64,000 bases of DNA from Nitrospinaceae bacterium (GCA_965237905.1 OZ250172.1:352001-416000); one strand, 5' to 3'; shown: positions 50,016-63,683, counted from the stretch's first letter. Made by a program: numbers and translations. Notes: a model not told the origin generated them from the letters alone.

Positions 50016-52853
50016 ATGCCTATAGAAAATATTACCATTAAAGGTGCGCGTGAGCACAATCTGAAGAACGTCAGCCTGACTCTGCCGCGCGAAAAACTGG
50101 TGGTCATCACCGGCCTCAGCGGATCGGGGAAGTCGTCGCTTGCGTTCGACACCATCTATGCCGAGGGACAGCGCCGCTACGTCGAATCGCTGTCCGCCTA
50201 CGCCCGGCAGTTTCTGGAGTTGATGGAAAAACCGGATATCGATTACATCGAAGGCCTGTCGCCCGCCATCTCCATCGAGCAGAAAACCTCCAGCAAAAAT
50301 CCCCGGTCCACTGTCGGCACGGTCACTGAAATTTACGATTACCTGCGTCTACTGTATGCCCGCGTCGGTCATGTATTCTGTTACGGATGCGGGCGCCGGA
50401 TCGCCTCGCAAACCGTCCAGCAGATCACCGATCAGGTGCAGAGCATTCCCGAGGGTAAGAAGGTGATGATCCTTGCACCCATCGTGAAGGACCGCAAGGG
50501 GGAATTTAAAAAAGACCTGCTCGACCTCCAGAAAAAAGGATTCGTAAGAGCCCGGATCGATGGCGAAGTGCGCTCACTCGAAGAAGGGGTTCAACTCAAT
50601 AAAAAATTCAAGCACACCATTGATGCGGTGGTCGACCGTTTGATCATCAAAAATAAAATGGGTAAGCGACTGGCGGAATCCATCGAAACCGCCCTGCGAT
50701 TGGGAGAAGGCAGTCTGGTGGTCTCGATCCTGGGGGGTAAAAAGTCGGAAAAAGATGAAGAACTGCTGTTCAGCGAAAAATTCGCCTGCAGTTACTGCGG
50801 CATCAGTTACCCGGAACTGGAGCCTCGCCTGTTCTCCTTCAACAATCCCACCGGCGCCTGTTTCAAATGCGACGGACTCGGAAGCAAGATGGAGATTGAC
50901 CCGGATTTGGTGGTGCCTGACCATTCGCTTTCGATCCGCGACGGGGCGATTCATCCCTGGCAGAAAAAAACCTCCATCAATTTTCATCAGATGGTGGAGG
51001 CACTGGCGCAGAATTTCAAATTCAAGCTGAGCACGCCGCTCAAGGACCTGCCGCAGGAAACCCGCGATATCCTGCTTTACGGGGCGGACGACCGGCCGGT
51101 GAAATATTTTTATGAGAAAAGCGGCCGCCGCCAAACCTATACCAGCACCTACGACGGCATCATCCCGGATATGGAACGGCGCTACCACGAAACCGAATCA
51201 TCCTCACAACGAGACGAAATCGCGCGTTACATGCGCGCCCTGCCCTGTCCCGCCTGCGACGGCACGCGGCTCAAGAAAGAGGCGGTCTCGGTACAGGTTC
51301 ACAAGAAAAATATTGTGGAGTTGACCGGACTCTCCATCGGCGCGCTGGGACAGTTTTTTGACACATTGAAATTCAGCGAGCAGGAGTATTCCATCGCCCG
51401 GCGCATCGTCAAGGAGATCAAGGAGCGCCTCAAATTTCTGATGGATGTCGGCCTCGACTACCTGACGCTCAACCGAACCTCCGGCACACTTTCCGGTGGC
51501 GAAAGCCAGCGTATCCGCCTGGCGACACAGATTGGCTCCAGCCTGATGGGCGTGCTGTACGTGCTGGACGAACCGAGCATCGGACTGCACCAGCGTGACA
51601 ACGACCGCCTGCTCAACACGCTCACCAAACTGCGCGACCTCGGCAACACGGTGATCGTGGTCGAACACGACGCGAACACCATTACCGCGGCCGACTACGT
51701 AGTCGACCTCGGACTGGGTGCGGGCATCCACGGCGGCGAAGTGATTTTCTCGGGAACGCCCACGGCCCTGCTGAAACACAAAACCTCGCTCACCGCGCAA
51801 TATCTTTCGGGACGCAAAAAGATTCCCATTCCCAAAAAACGCCGCCCAGGCAACGGACATTTTCTGGAGATCAAGGGCGCGCAACACAATAATCTGAAGA
51901 TCATCGATGTCAGCATTCCTCTCGGATGCCTCACTTGCATCACCGGCGTTTCCGGTTCCGGGAAAAGCACACTGACTATCGACATCCTGTACAAGGCGCT
52001 GGCCAGCCACTTCTGGAACTCGATGGACAAGCCGGGAACATTTAAAAAGATCAAGGGGATTCATCATCTCGACAAGGTGATCGATATCGACCAGTCGCCG
52101 ATCGGCCGCACGCCGCGGTCCAATCCGGCCACCTACACCGGCCTGTTCACCCTCATCCGCGACCTGTTCAGCGAAGTCCCGGAATCGCGCCTGCGCGGGT
52201 ACCGTCCGGGCCGGTTCAGCTTCAATGTCAAGGGCGGACGGTGCGAGGCGTGCCAGGGCGACGGCCTGATCAAAGTGGAGATGCATTTTCTGCCCGACAT
52301 TTTTGTGACCTGCGAAGTGTGTCACGGTAAACGCTTCAACCGTGAAACGCTGGAGATTTTATACAAAGGCAAAACCATCGCCGACGTGCTGGAGATGACG
52401 ACGGAGGAGGCGGAAGAATTTTTCCAGAATATCCCGGCCCTGCGGTCCAAACTGGAAACGATTACCAGTGTCGGGCTCGACTACATCCACCTCGGCCAGC
52501 CTGCCACCACGCTTTCCGGCGGCGAAGCGCAACGCGTGAAACTCGCCAAGGAACTCAGCAAACGCAGTACGGGTCAGACTCTATACATCCTCGACGAGCC
52601 CACCACCGGCCTCCATTTTCACGATATCGGACACCTGCTGGGTGTGATTTCCAAACTGGTGGACGCCGGCAACAGCGTGATCATCATCGAGCACAACCTC
52701 GACGTGATCAAAACCGCCGACTACATCATCGACCTCGGACCCGACGGCGGCGACAAGGGCGGCGAAGTGCTCGCGGCAGGAACGCCGGAAGAAATCGTAA
52801 AAGTTAAAAATTCCTACACCGGGCAATATCTAAAACCCAGCCTGAAAGCCTAA
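50016..52853 (+). CDS. uvrA: excinuclease ABC subunit A
   Basis: 'GAREHNLKN', two Walker A motifs ([16 protein letters not shown]), 'LSGGE' signatures, Zn fingers. Confidence 0.98.
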   Translation: MPIENITIKGAREHNLKNVSLTLPREKLVVITGLSGSGKSSLAFDTIYAEGQRRYVESLSAYARQFLELMEKPDIDYIEGLSPAISIEQKTSSKNPRSTVGTVTEIYDYLRLLYARVGHVFCYGCGRRIASQTVQQITDQVQSIPEGKKVMILAPIVKDRKGEFKKDLLDLQKKGFVRARIDGEVRSLEEGVQLNKKFKHTIDAVVDRLIIKNKMGKRLAESIETALRLGEGSLVVSILGGKKSEKDEELLFSEKFACSYCGISYPELEPRLFSFNNPTGACFKCDGLGSKMEIDPDLVVPDHSLSIRDGAIHPWQKKTSINFHQMVEALAQNFKFKLSTPLKDLPQETRDILLYGADDRPVKYFYEKSGRRQTYTSTYDGIIPDMERRYHETESSSQRDEIARYMRALPCPACDGTRLKKEAVSVQVHKKNIVELTGLSIGALGQFFDTLKFSEQEYSIARRIVKEIKERLKFLMDVGLDYLTLNRTSGTLSGGESQRIRLATQIGSSLMGVLYVLDEPSIGLHQRDNDRLLNTLTKLRDLGNTVIVVEHDANTITAADYVVDLGLGAGIHGGEVIFSGTPTALLKHKTSLTAQYLSGRKKIPIPKKRRPGNGHFLEIKGAQHNNLKIIDVSIPLGCLTCITGVSGSGKSTLTIDILYKALASHFWNSMDKPGTFKKIKGIHHLDKVIDIDQSPIGRTPRSNPATYTGLFTLIRDLFSEVPESRLRGYRPGRFSFNVKGGRCEACQGDGLIKVEMHFLPDIFVTCEVCHGKRFNRETLEILYKGKTIADVLEMTTEEAEEFFQNIPALRSKLETITSVGLDYIHLGQPATTLSGGEAQRVKLAKELSKRSTGQTLYILDEPTTGLHFHDIGHLLGVISKLVDAGNSVIIIEHNLDVIKTADYIIDLGPDGGDKGGEVLAAGTPEEIVKVKNSYTGQYLKPSLKA

Positions 52854-53041
52854 ACCCTCTTCAGAAAAAATTATCCCATACAGGAGCATTTAGGCATCTT
52901 ACGCTTTATACTGGATATCAGTAGAAATTAAGGTGTTTTAATTATTTAGCCATTAATATCCTCTGGATAGTCTGCAAATATAACTGACCCAGGTCGACGC
53001 CGGATTCAACCACAATCAACAAAAATAATTAGAGCAAACAC

Positions 53042-54892
53042 ATGGCTTTTTGGAAGCAAGCCTACAAAAAATCTTTTCGTCCTTTTCTTATCAAAGAAAG
53101 CTCGGAAGTTATCGAAAAAAATATCAACCTGGCAAGAATCCTTGTCGGCTTGGGTATTTTTCACAGTTATCTGGATTCCCTGGGTTTTTCCATTCTCCTC
53201 CTCCCCCAAAGTACATTCAAAGCAATAACCGTATTGGCTCTATCCGTTTTTTTCATGATCGGGTTATTTACGCCTCTGACATGCGGATTACTCATTTATC
53301 ACTTTATTAGCCCTGTTGTTCCCTATCTCGGAACAATGGTTTTAATCATGCTGTTGTGGGGAATGCTTTTCATTGGAGTGGGAAGACGTTGGAGCATTGA
53401 TGCTTATCTGCTTAATTCTCCCCATACACAAAGATTAATAAAATACCTTTACGCTTTTTCTCTTCCCTCTGGAAATGTAAGCCTTGCTAAAATCCGTTTT
53501 TTCATTCTGTTTTTGTTTTGGTGCGTTTCTGTCAGGGCGATGGTTTTCCATTTGGATGACTCCTCTTGGCTCCACGGAAAGACACTTCAACTAATTTTCA
53601 CCACCCCCTACCTAACAGATCATTATTTATATTTCCGGGAATTCAGCCAAATGTTTCCACTAGCTTACGATCTGCTATGCAAATCGGGCTTATTCATTCA
53701 GTCATTTTGGGAAATCTTACTGTTTCCTCTAATGTATTTTGGGTGGGGTCGGATTTTTGTCATGGTTCAAGGAATGGCCTTTTTTCTAATCTCCCTGCTT
53801 CTCCTCAATTTAGGCTATCTTCCTTATTATGAAATTTGCATGTGGATTTTTCTATTTAATTATCCGCAATGCTTAAACCTCAAAAAAGGTCGGCTGTTTT
53901 ACGATGACCGATGCAACTTATGCAAAAAAACAGTTACTCTTTTAAAGATCATAGACTTTTATGACCGCATTGAGGTCACGGGCCTTTCCCAAGCTCCGGT
54001 CAGAGTCCAAAAGGCGTTTCCAAATGATACGCCAATTATTTACGGGGAAAAGGAAGATTTATTTGCAGGCTTTAGCGCTTACTATCAAATATGTAAAAAT
54101 ATCTTCCCTTTCTGCTTTTTGTTTCCCCTATTCGTTGCTGGAAAAGTTACCCGCCTCGGCGGCAGGGCCTATAGCTGGGTGGCCCTGAGAAGAAAAAAGT
54201 TATTTGGAGTTTGCGAACCTTTTTTTTATTCCTCTAAAAATAGACAACATTTTAAGCCCGAAAAGTGGTCTGTTAAGTTTTTCAGTTTATTTCTCATAGC
54301 ATCCATTTTGTCTACCTTGATTTCCAGCCAACTTCCATTACTGGGCCAAGGAAGGGTTGACGTCATGAGTGCCGATGATTTAAAAATGGGGGCTCCCGGT
54401 ATCGTCCTGATCGAAACCTATGATAATTACGAATTTAAAAGAACAGTTCCATTCATGGACATAAATGGCGGCAGGTTGAGTTATCTGCGCAACAATCTTC
54501 TCTACTTCAATTATTCCCAAGGATTCCAACGACTATTCACAAAAGAAAAAAATCCAAACCGCATTTCAGAAGATTTCAAGAAATCATTTGAAACTTTAGC
54601 TCAGGTGGTAGGCATATTAGACTCTTGCCTGAGTGAATCGAGCGGAGCGCGATATTACAGAGCCGACCTTTATCTAAAAGAATTGAAAAGCAACTCCTCT
54701 TTTGAATTCTGGGGAATGCCTAAAAAAGTTCATTCTTATCTATTTTCCGTTAACATGAAACAGCTCAAAATTTCTGAACCAAAATGTCAGCGCGTTTATA
54801 ATTTACCTCCCGGCCATTTATACTCAGACAAAAGAATTGGCCTAACCCGTTCATTTTACAAAAATGGCCCCCGCACGGAGAATAAACCATAA
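53042..54892 (+). CDS. HTTM-like membrane domain fused to a DCC1/DUF393 thiol-disulfide oxidoreductase-like domain
   Basis: Multi-TM N-terminal half ('RWSIDA', 'W..G..L') and 'FYDDRCNLC' DxxCxxC motif; AT-rich coding sequence. Confidence 0.7.
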   Translation: MAFWKQAYKKSFRPFLIKESSEVIEKNINLARILVGLGIFHSYLDSLGFSILLLPQSTFKAITVLALSVFFMIGLFTPLTCGLLIYHFISPVVPYLGTMVLIMLLWGMLFIGVGRRWSIDAYLLNSPHTQRLIKYLYAFSLPSGNVSLAKIRFFILFLFWCVSVRAMVFHLDDSSWLHGKTLQLIFTTPYLTDHYLYFREFSQMFPLAYDLLCKSGLFIQSFWEILLFPLMYFGWGRIFVMVQGMAFFLISLLLLNLGYLPYYEICMWIFLFNYPQCLNLKKGRLFYDDRCNLCKKTVTLLKIIDFYDRIEVTGLSQAPVRVQKAFPNDTPIIYGEKEDLFAGFSAYYQICKNIFPFCFLFPLFVAGKVTRLGGRAYSWVALRRKKLFGVCEPFFYSSKNRQHFKPEKWSVKFFSLFLIASILSTLISSQLPLLGQGRVDVMSADDLKMGAPGIVLIETYDNYEFKRTVPFMDINGGRLSYLRNNLLYFNYSQGFQRLFTKEKNPNRISEDFKKSFETLAQVVGILDSCLSESSGARYYRADLYLKELKSNSSFEFWGMPKKVHSYLFSVNMKQLKISEPKCQRVYNLPPGHLYSDKRIGLTRSFYKNGPRTENKP

Positions 54893-55038
54893 AAAAAGGA
54901 AGCACTGCCTCTCCTCCAAAAAGCCATGTACGAGATAGCCCGCAGGGATGGAGTGACACTGCCAAAAGAGTTGCTTGAACTTAAAAAGAAATATGTGAAA
55001 AATTAATATTATATTTATAAGTTTTCTGGAGGGTCGAG

Positions 55039-55461
55039 ATGCTTTGCTTTGAGGTATGGCTAAATGGGAAAAAGAAACTCCTGGCGGGATACAAAGATGT
55101 TTCTGAACTTGGTCTTTCGATAGAAACCCTGGAGAAAGAGGCGTTTCTTGAGGTCACCGCCGGGATATGGAAAACAAATTCTCCACCTGATTACTTATTC
55201 TGGGATGGCGTTGATTTCAAAATTGGAGACGAAATAATCATTAAACTGTTGGACTCCAACAAACCGGACCCACCCACTCGAATCTCTCAAGATCCAGAAG
55301 ATGCTGAAGAACCCAAAAGTCGCAGAGAGATGCTGTGCTCAAGTTGCAAGAAATCTTTCAGGGATGCGAAGAAAATGATAAAAATGCCCGGAGTGATTTT
55401 GTGCAACAAATGTATCGATTTAATTAAAGACTTCAGGTCCGATTCTCCAGATGAGAACTAA
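55039..55461 (+). CDS. hypothetical protein with a C-terminal ClpX-type C4 zinc finger
   Basis: 'LCSSCKKS....KKMI..PGVILCNKCIDL' parallels the ClpX zinc-binding domain; GGAGG RBS. Confidence 0.7.
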   Translation: MLCFEVWLNGKKKLLAGYKDVSELGLSIETLEKEAFLEVTAGIWKTNSPPDYLFWDGVDFKIGDEIIIKLLDSNKPDPPTRISQDPEDAEEPKSRREMLCSSCKKSFRDAKKMIKMPGVILCNKCIDLIKDFRSDSPDEN

Positions 55462-55669
55462 CGGGAGTATACTACTTATTCTTTACGCGCTACTCTAATA
55501 AAATCAACGATATTAAGGGTTTTCTTCAGCTACCGTAGCAAAAAAGGAACCCCCTTCCTCTCAAAAATCATTTAATATGGCAACAAGCTCCGCCCTCTGG
55601 GCGAGAGGGACATCCTATTTCGATCATTCAATGTATTCAGGGTTCACCATTGTTGAAGGAGAATGAACC

Positions 55670-56092
55670 ATGAAAAAACGAAAAGCCGCATCCAATCCCA
55701 ATGAAGAAATCGGCGACTATATGGTCAAACCGGTTTTGAGTGTCAGCCCCGATACCTCGGTTCAAGATGCCGCGCAACTCATGGAATCCAAGCATGTCGG
55801 GTCGCTCCTCGTCAAAGAGGGCGAAACTTTTGTCGGTATCATCACGGAAACGGATTTAACGCGGAAAATTGTGGCAAAGGGGTTGCAGGACAAAAATCCC
55901 AGCGTCAAAGAAATCATGACCACCCCGCTCCAGACTATCGACTGCCATGAACCCATCGTGGATGCCAACCAGTTGATGGCCAACAAAAGGATTCGTCATA
56001 TCGCGGTTACGGAAAACGATGAGGTGGTGGGCATGCTCTCGGTCAAGGACCTGATCCATTACTACGCCAATCCGCGTATGCGTTCCTGGTAG
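55670..56092 (+). CDS. CBS domain pair protein
   Basis: 'VGIITETDL', 'VKEIMT', 'IRHIAV', 'VGMLSVKDL'. Confidence 0.92.
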   Translation: MKKRKAASNPNEEIGDYMVKPVLSVSPDTSVQDAAQLMESKHVGSLLVKEGETFVGIITETDLTRKIVAKGLQDKNPSVKEIMTTPLQTIDCHEPIVDANQLMANKRIRHIAVTENDEVVGMLSVKDLIHYYANPRMRSW

Positions 56093-56138
56093 AGAGTAAA
56101 AGGCTATAGGAATAAAAAGGAGAATTCCGGAAGGTGGG

Positions 56139-56549
56139 TCAATCAGATTTTTTGGTTTCGAGGCGGGCCAGGGCGCGGAACAGTTTGTCCTGGGCTTCTT
56201 TGAAGGCTTCACCTTCGAGGTCGGCTTTCTCGAGGAGTTTTTCGGCGGCGGCGCGTGCGGTTTCGGCGCGGTCATGGTCGATCTCGTGCAGGAACTCGGC
56301 AGACTCGGCCAGTATGGTGACGCGGTTGGCGGTGACTTCGGCGTAACCTTCGCTGATCACCAGTTCGATCTGCTCTTCCCCTTTTTGATAGGAGAAGCGG
56401 CCCGGTCGCAGGAGGGTGAGCAGAGGCGCGTGATTGGCCAGAATGCCCATGTCCCCATCAAAACCGGGGATGTTCACCTGGTCCACTTCAGCATCAGCCA
56501 CCATTTCTTTTTTCGGAGTCACCACCGATAAAAAGAGTTTGTCCGCCAT
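56139..56549 (-). CDS. atpC: ATP synthase epsilon
   Basis: 'VVTP', 'G.MGILANHAPL', C-terminal helices; operon position. Confidence 0.95.
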   Translation of the reverse strand: MADKLFLSVVTPKKEMVADAEVDQVNIPGFDGDMGILANHAPLLTLLRPGRFSYQKGEEQIELVISEGYAEVTANRVTILAESAEFLHEIDHDRAETARAAAEKLLEKADLEGEAFKEAQDKLFRALARLETKKSD

Positions 56550-56555
56550 TCTCAA

Positions 56556-58857
<2,302 letters not shown>

Positions 58858-58863
58858 GGTATC

Positions 58864-60366
58864 TTAGAAAATTTCCTTGAAAGCGTTAATCGCGTCCTTC
58901 AACTTCTGTTCGGTCTCGTCGCTTAATTTTTTCTCTTTATCGATCGCGTCCATGATGTCCTTGTGCTTCTCTTCAATGAAGTTCAGCAGACCGGACTCGA
59001 ATCGTTTGATGTCGCCGACCTTGACGTCATCCACTAATCCACGCACGCCAGAGAAAAGAGAGACCACCTGTTGCACGGCACTGAGCGGTTTGTATTGATC
59101 CTGTTTCAGGAGTTCCACCAGCCGTTCGCCCCGAAACAACTGGGCCTGGGTAGCGGCGTCGAGGTCACTGCCGAACTGCGCGAACGCGGCCATTTCCCGG
59201 TACTGAGCGAGGTCGAGCCGCAACTGACCGGCGACCTGCTTCATGGCCTTGACCTGCGCGGCGCCACCCACACGGGAAACCGACAGACCGACGTTCACCG
59301 CCGGGCGTACACCGGAGTAAAACAAATCGGTTTCGAGATAAATCTGGCCGTCGGTAATGGAAATCACGTTGGTCGGGATGTATGCGGAGACATCGCCCGC
59401 CTGTGTTTCAATAATCGGCAGGGCCGTCATGGAACCCGCGCCCAACTCATCGCTCACCTTGGCGGAGCGTTCCAATAGACGCGAATGCAGATAGAATACG
59501 TCGCCGGGATACGCTTCGCGTCCCGGAGGACGTCGCAGAAGCAGACTCAACTGGCGATAGGCCGCCGCCTGCTTGGACAGATCATCGTAAACGATCAGGC
59601 AGTGCTGGCCGTTGTCTCGGAAATATTCGGCCATGGCGCATCCGGCATAAGGTGCGATGAACTGCATCGGCGCCGGGTCGCTGGCGGTGGCAGCCACCAC
59701 CGTGGTGTATTTCATGGCATCATGTTCTTCCAGAGTTTTCACCACGCGCGCGACGGTCGAGCGCTTCTGTCCGATGGCAACGTACACGCAGAACATGTTC
59801 TGACCTTTTTGATTGATGATGGTGTCGAGCGCGACGGCGGTTTTACCGGTCTGACGGTCACCGATGATCAATTCGCGCTGGCCGCGGCCGATGGGAATCA
59901 TGCCATCGATGGCTTTGATGCCGGTCTGCATCGGTTCGTGAACGGATTTACGGTCGATGACGCCCGGCGCGATGGCTTCAATAGGACCATTCAGCTTGGC
60001 ATTGATCGGACCTTTACCGTCGATCGGATGTCCCAGCCCGTCCACTACGCGGCCGACCAGTTCGGGGCCGATCGGCACTTCCATGATGCGTCCGGTGCGC
60101 TTGACCTCGTCGCCTTCCTTGATATTGCTGTCGAACCCAAGAATGACGGCACCGATATTGTCTTCTTCCAGGTTCAGCACCATTCCCGCCAGGTCGCCGG
60201 GAAACGTCAACAGCTCTCCGGACATGGCATTTTCCAAACCATAGATCCGGGCGATACCGTCACCCACCGAAATCACCCGGCCGGTTTCCTTAAGTTCAAT
60301 TCCCGAATCAGAATCCTGAATCTGTTTCTGAATCAGGGAACTGATTTCATCCGCTCGTAGACTCAC
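58864..60366 (-). CDS. atpA: ATP synthase alpha
   Basis: 'GDRQTGKT', '[15 protein letters not shown]', 'VISITDGQ'. Confidence 0.98.
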   Translation of the reverse strand: MSLRADEISSLIQKQIQDSDSGIELKETGRVISVGDGIARIYGLENAMSGELLTFPGDLAGMVLNLEEDNIGAVILGFDSNIKEGDEVKRTGRIMEVPIGPELVGRVVDGLGHPIDGKGPINAKLNGPIEAIAPGVIDRKSVHEPMQTGIKAIDGMIPIGRGQRELIIGDRQTGKTAVALDTIINQKGQNMFCVYVAIGQKRSTVARVVKTLEEHDAMKYTTVVAATASDPAPMQFIAPYAGCAMAEYFRDNGQHCLIVYDDLSKQAAAYRQLSLLLRRPPGREAYPGDVFYLHSRLLERSAKVSDELGAGSMTALPIIETQAGDVSAYIPTNVISITDGQIYLETDLFYSGVRPAVNVGLSVSRVGGAAQVKAMKQVAGQLRLDLAQYREMAAFAQFGSDLDAATQAQLFRGERLVELLKQDQYKPLSAVQQVVSLFSGVRGLVDDVKVGDIKRFESGLLNFIEEKHKDIMDAIDKEKKLSDETEQKLKDAINAFKEIF

Positions 60367-60916
60367 TTAAAACCTCCTCTTGTTCTATAGATCGTTTCAG
60401 CAGGGCCAAACCGTTTTTGAGGGTGGCATCGGCGACCAGGCTTCCCACATTCAATCGCATTCCGCCGATCAGACTTTCATCAACACTCGCTTCGAGGATT
60501 GCGCTTTTGCCCAGAATCCGCTCCAGAGAGGACTTCAGCTTTTTTTGCTGGGCGTCCTTCAGGGGGTAAGCACTGGCCACATTCACCCGAACCTGTTTCA
60601 ACCGTTGGTCCACTGCATGTTCAAAAAATTCGGTGATGTTTTTCAGAAACACCATTTTGTTGCGATCGACCAGAAGTTTCAGCAGATTCCGTACTTCGTC
60701 CAAAGCTTTCACGCGGTCACACATTTCTTTCACCAGAGCCGCCTTCTTTTCCTGGGAGAACCCGGGATGGATGAAAAACCGACCCAGGTTGGGTTCGGCC
60801 TCGAACGCGTCCTGAAACCACCGCAGGTTTTCCAGCGCCGTCTGCAGACGTTTGTCGTCAGTCACTGCTCCCGACAACGCTTCCGCAAATCGTTTGCCTA
60901 TCTGGTTCTCGATCAT
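60347..60916 (-). CDS. atpH: ATP synthase delta
   Basis: 'VDESLIGGM...VG....DAT'; operon position. Confidence 0.92.
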   Translation of the reverse strand: MIENQIGKRFAEALSGAVTDDKRLQTALENLRWFQDAFEAEPNLGRFFIHPGFSQEKKAALVKEMCDRVKALDEVRNLLKLLVDRNKMVFLKNITEFFEHAVDQRLKQVRVNVASAYPLKDAQQKKLKSSLERILGKSAILEASVDESLIGGMRLNVGSLVADATLKNGLALLKRSIEQEEVLSESTSG

Positions 60917-60963
60917 ATCAATGGATTCAATATAAAATTAATGAGAGACAACGGCGATCCCAA

Positions 60964-61479
60964 TCAGGACTGTTTTTCCAGACTGGCCGCGACTTCGTCG
61001 ATGGACTCGTCCACCAGCCGCTTTTTATCGTCTTCCGTCAACGCGCGCTTCATAATCTTTTCCGCCGAGGTGATGGTCAGGGCGGAAACATGTCCCCTAA
61101 TTTCCGCCAGGATCTGGTTGCGCGAGGCTTGAATCTCGTGCTCCGCCTCTTTCAGCATCTGGCGGCATTTGGCCTGGGTTTCCTCCAGAGCTTTCTCCTG
61201 GTTTTTACGCGATTCCTCACTGGCCAACTGGACAATCGTAGCGGCCTTGTCATGGGCGGCTTTGAGTTGTTCTTCAAAATCCTTTTTCAGCTTTTCCGCC
61301 TCGACCCTAATATCCTCGGCACTTTGCAAATCGCCGGAAATCTTTTTCTCACGGGCCTCAAGGATCGCAAAAATTGGCGGGAAAGCATACTTTGCCATCA
61401 AGAATAGAAAGATTCCAAAGGAAACGAATGACCAGAATGTTAACGACGCGAATATCTCGACTTGCTCAAATTGCGGCAT
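60964..61479 (-). CDS. atpF: ATP synthase subunit b
   Basis: N-terminal TM helix, 'P....L..R...I', coiled coil. Confidence 0.92.
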   Translation of the reverse strand: MPQFEQVEIFASLTFWSFVSFGIFLFLMAKYAFPPIFAILEAREKKISGDLQSAEDIRVEAEKLKKDFEEQLKAAHDKAATIVQLASEESRKNQEKALEETQAKCRQMLKEAEHEIQASRNQILAEIRGHVSALTITSAEKIMKRALTEDDKKRLVDESIDEVAASLEKQS

Positions 61480-61544
61480 CTTCTTGATCCAAAAAAATGG
61501 TTTTTGATGACTACTCGACAGCCCCTGCCGACGCTAAAAACTGA

Positions 61545-61775
61545 CTACGGAAGGCGAAGCATGATAAGGATTCCCATAACAAATGCCAGCAGGGCGGTAA
61601 ATTCAACCAACGCGAACCCGATCCAGAGGTATTTTGTGACCTTCCCTTCCGCGTTGGGTTGTCTGCCGACGGTTTCAATCATTTTGGCAAAAACGATTCC
61701 GATTCCCAAGCCCGCGCCATTGAAACCGACCGCGGCCAACCCCATGCCTATCAAACCTCCTACACTTGCATCCAT
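61545..61775 (-). CDS. atpE: ATP synthase subunit c
   Basis: 'GAGLGIG', 'RQP' loop, 'ALVE'. ATG at 61775 after GAGGAG. Confidence 0.95.
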   Translation of the reverse strand: MDASVGGLIGMGLAAVGFNGAGLGIGIVFAKMIETVGRQPNAEGKVTKYLWIGFALVEFTALLAFVMGILIMLRLP

Positions 61776-61805
61776 TCTACTTCTCCTCAATTTTTGGTTA
61801 TCAAA

Positions 61806-62537
61806 TCAATGCATTTTGATGACATCGCCTATATAAAAACAGGTCAATGTCGTGAATATATACGCTTGTATAAAAGCGACCATTACTTCCAAACCGGTTA
61901 TTATCACCGTAAACCCAAAAGGCAGAAAACTCAGGAACCACGGTACGGTCAGGGTCATTCCGAACAAAATCGCCAAAATCGTATGGCCAGCCAGCATGTT
62001 GGCAAACAGCCGGACAGATAGCGAAAAAGGACGCGCCAGCATGCTGATGATTTCAATCGGAATCATCACTGGGATCAGAATTTTAGGGATGCCCGGGGGT
62101 ACCAGGATTCCCAAAAAGTGCAGACCGTGCCGTCCAAAACCAATGAAGAGGGTCATTATGAATATAAAAAGTGCAAAGGCGCCGGTGACCACCAGTTGGC
62201 TGGTGATGGTGTAAGACCCGGGAATCAAGCCGATCAAATTGCAACTGAGAATGAAAAAAAACAATGCGGCAGCAAAGGGGAAAAATTTCCTTTCTTCCTT
62301 GCCGATGAAATCATCCACCAGCTCCCTCAGAAACAGCAGAAACATTTCGGCTATACTCTGCATTTTGGTCGGCACCAGACGCAAACCTGTTGTTCTAATC
62401 AACAGGAACAGACCTAAAACCAGCGCCAAGGCAATCCACATAACAAAGATGGCCTTGTTGAGGGAAATATCGATCCCCATGAGGCTTAAGTGACCGATGG
62501 GATGCAATTCAAAATGATGTAAGGGGCTTTCTTTCAT
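61806..62537 (-). CDS. atpB: ATP synthase subunit a
   Basis: 'NLIGLIP', 'SLSVRLFANMLAGH', 'IQAYIF'. Confidence 0.97.
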   Translation of the reverse strand: MKESPLHHFELHPIGHLSLMGIDISLNKAIFVMWIALALVLGLFLLIRTTGLRLVPTKMQSIAEMFLLFLRELVDDFIGKEERKFFPFAAALFFFILSCNLIGLIPGSYTITSQLVVTGAFALFIFIMTLFIGFGRHGLHFLGILVPPGIPKILIPVMIPIEIISMLARPFSLSVRLFANMLAGHTILAILFGMTLTVPWFLSFLPFGFTVIITGLEVMVAFIQAYIFTTLTCFYIGDVIKMH

Positions 62538-62545
62538 CGATCCGG

Positions 62546-62806
62546 CTAGGAATCCTCTTCTTTAGGGGGTTGATCCCCGTTGTTTTCTTCTTCGTCGAAC
62601 TGCATGGCCATGGACGTCCGGTACACTGTCAGGAAACCCGCCGCTCCCCCCAAAAACAAACCGGCCAAAATGCCCCAGGGTTTGGTATCAAAATAATGAT
62701 CCACAGCGTACCCCATAAGCGTTCCGATCAGGATGGCCGCTACTAATTCTATACCCAGACGGAACGCGAGACCGAGGCCTTGGCGTAAGTTGTCACCTTT
62801 ACTCAT
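62546..62806 (-). CDS. AtpZ/AtpI-family protein
   Basis: 'G..MGYAVD.YFDTKPW', two TM helices, first gene of the atp operon. Confidence 0.85.
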   Translation of the reverse strand: MSKGDNLRQGLGLAFRLGIELVAAILIGTLMGYAVDHYFDTKPWGILAGLFLGGAAGFLTVYRTSMAMQFDEEENNGDQPPKEEDS

Positions 62807-62885
62807 TATTTTTTTGACCGGGGATGCTCAGCCGGAAGGAACCGCTCAAACAACTCTACCTGAATCACTCCATCAAGTCTGAGAG

Positions 62886-62914
62886 AAAATAACCTTGTCT
62901 GCCCTGCATGTCAA
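62886..62914 (-). promoter_or_regulatory. sigma70-type promoter of the atp operon
   Basis: TTGACA-N17-TATTTT on the minus strand, about 80 nt before atpZ. Confidence 0.6.
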
Positions 62915-63017
62915 TTGAAAATTTAGATTTTACAGCTTTACCAGCGGCCTTTTAGGCTACAAGATCGGATTTTTCTGAAATCACTCGGGGGATTGTAACT
63001 GAGAAAACGGAACTGCG

Positions 63018-63053
63018 TAATTGATTTACTCTAATTAATTGATTTACTCTAAT
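63018..63053. repeat. perfect 18-bp tandem duplication
   Basis: TAATTGATTTACTCTAAT twice, overlapping the ferredoxin stop codon. Confidence 0.9.
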
Positions 63054-63375
63054 AAGGTAGCTCACCGTAAGTCTTTTCGTATTCATCAATGGGGACCATA
63101 TCGATGGCGTCCCAGGGGCACCCTTCGAGAAAGGTATCCATCGGCCCCTTGGAGATACACTTTTTACAACCGATGCACAGCAGGGGGTCCACATCCACCC
63201 GGTTGAAAATCGGTGCATCGGGGTTTTCAACTTCATACATGCACAGGTCTACCGGGCATTCGGTGATGCAAATCGGGGATCCAGCACACCCGGTGCAGGC
63301 GTCATTGATCACCGCCATTAATTTAGGCTTGCGCTTCCTTTGTACGGATCTTTTTGCTCGTTCGGCTACGGCCAT
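63049..63375 (-). CDS. 2[4Fe-4S] ferredoxin with atypical Cys spacing
   Basis: 'CTGCAGSPICITECP' and 'CIGCKKC-x12-CPWDAI'. Confidence 0.85.
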   Translation of the reverse strand: MAVAERAKRSVQRKRKPKLMAVINDACTGCAGSPICITECPVDLCMYEVENPDAPIFNRVDVDPLLCIGCKKCISKGPMDTFLEGCPWDAIDMVPIDEYEKTYGELPY

Positions 63376-63683
63376 AATTCAACGCTTTATGAGAAATTGA
63401 TCAATCACCACATTTTAACAAAAATAGCACTGATGTATATCAAATTCCCGCCCCCCTTGCAAGCTTTTGACGATGAAAAACCCATTTTCACAAGAATTTA
63501 AGCTGGCCGGACCCGCTACGCTTTCCCTTTACAGAAAATGGTACTTCATATAAGATGTGGGATTGGAATCAGGCTCGAAACCGGGGTTTTCTGGATAAAC
63601 CCCTTTGCTTCTCGGAAAACACAGAATATGCAACCAATCGTTTGGTTCAAACGTTTCATATATATGGATTCAACTCAATCATC

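Noticed and set aside
51204..52325. Long antisense ORFs (also 14045..15079, 29675..30616, 59485..60360, 44870..45643)
   Set aside because: These are shadow frames of conserved genes, expected from codon bias, with no recognisable motifs.
61545..61775. Na+-translocating or N-type ATPase
   Set aside because: Subunit c has E-F-T with no Gln in helix 1 and no ES/T..Y Na+ signature; gene order is the standard F-type with atpH.
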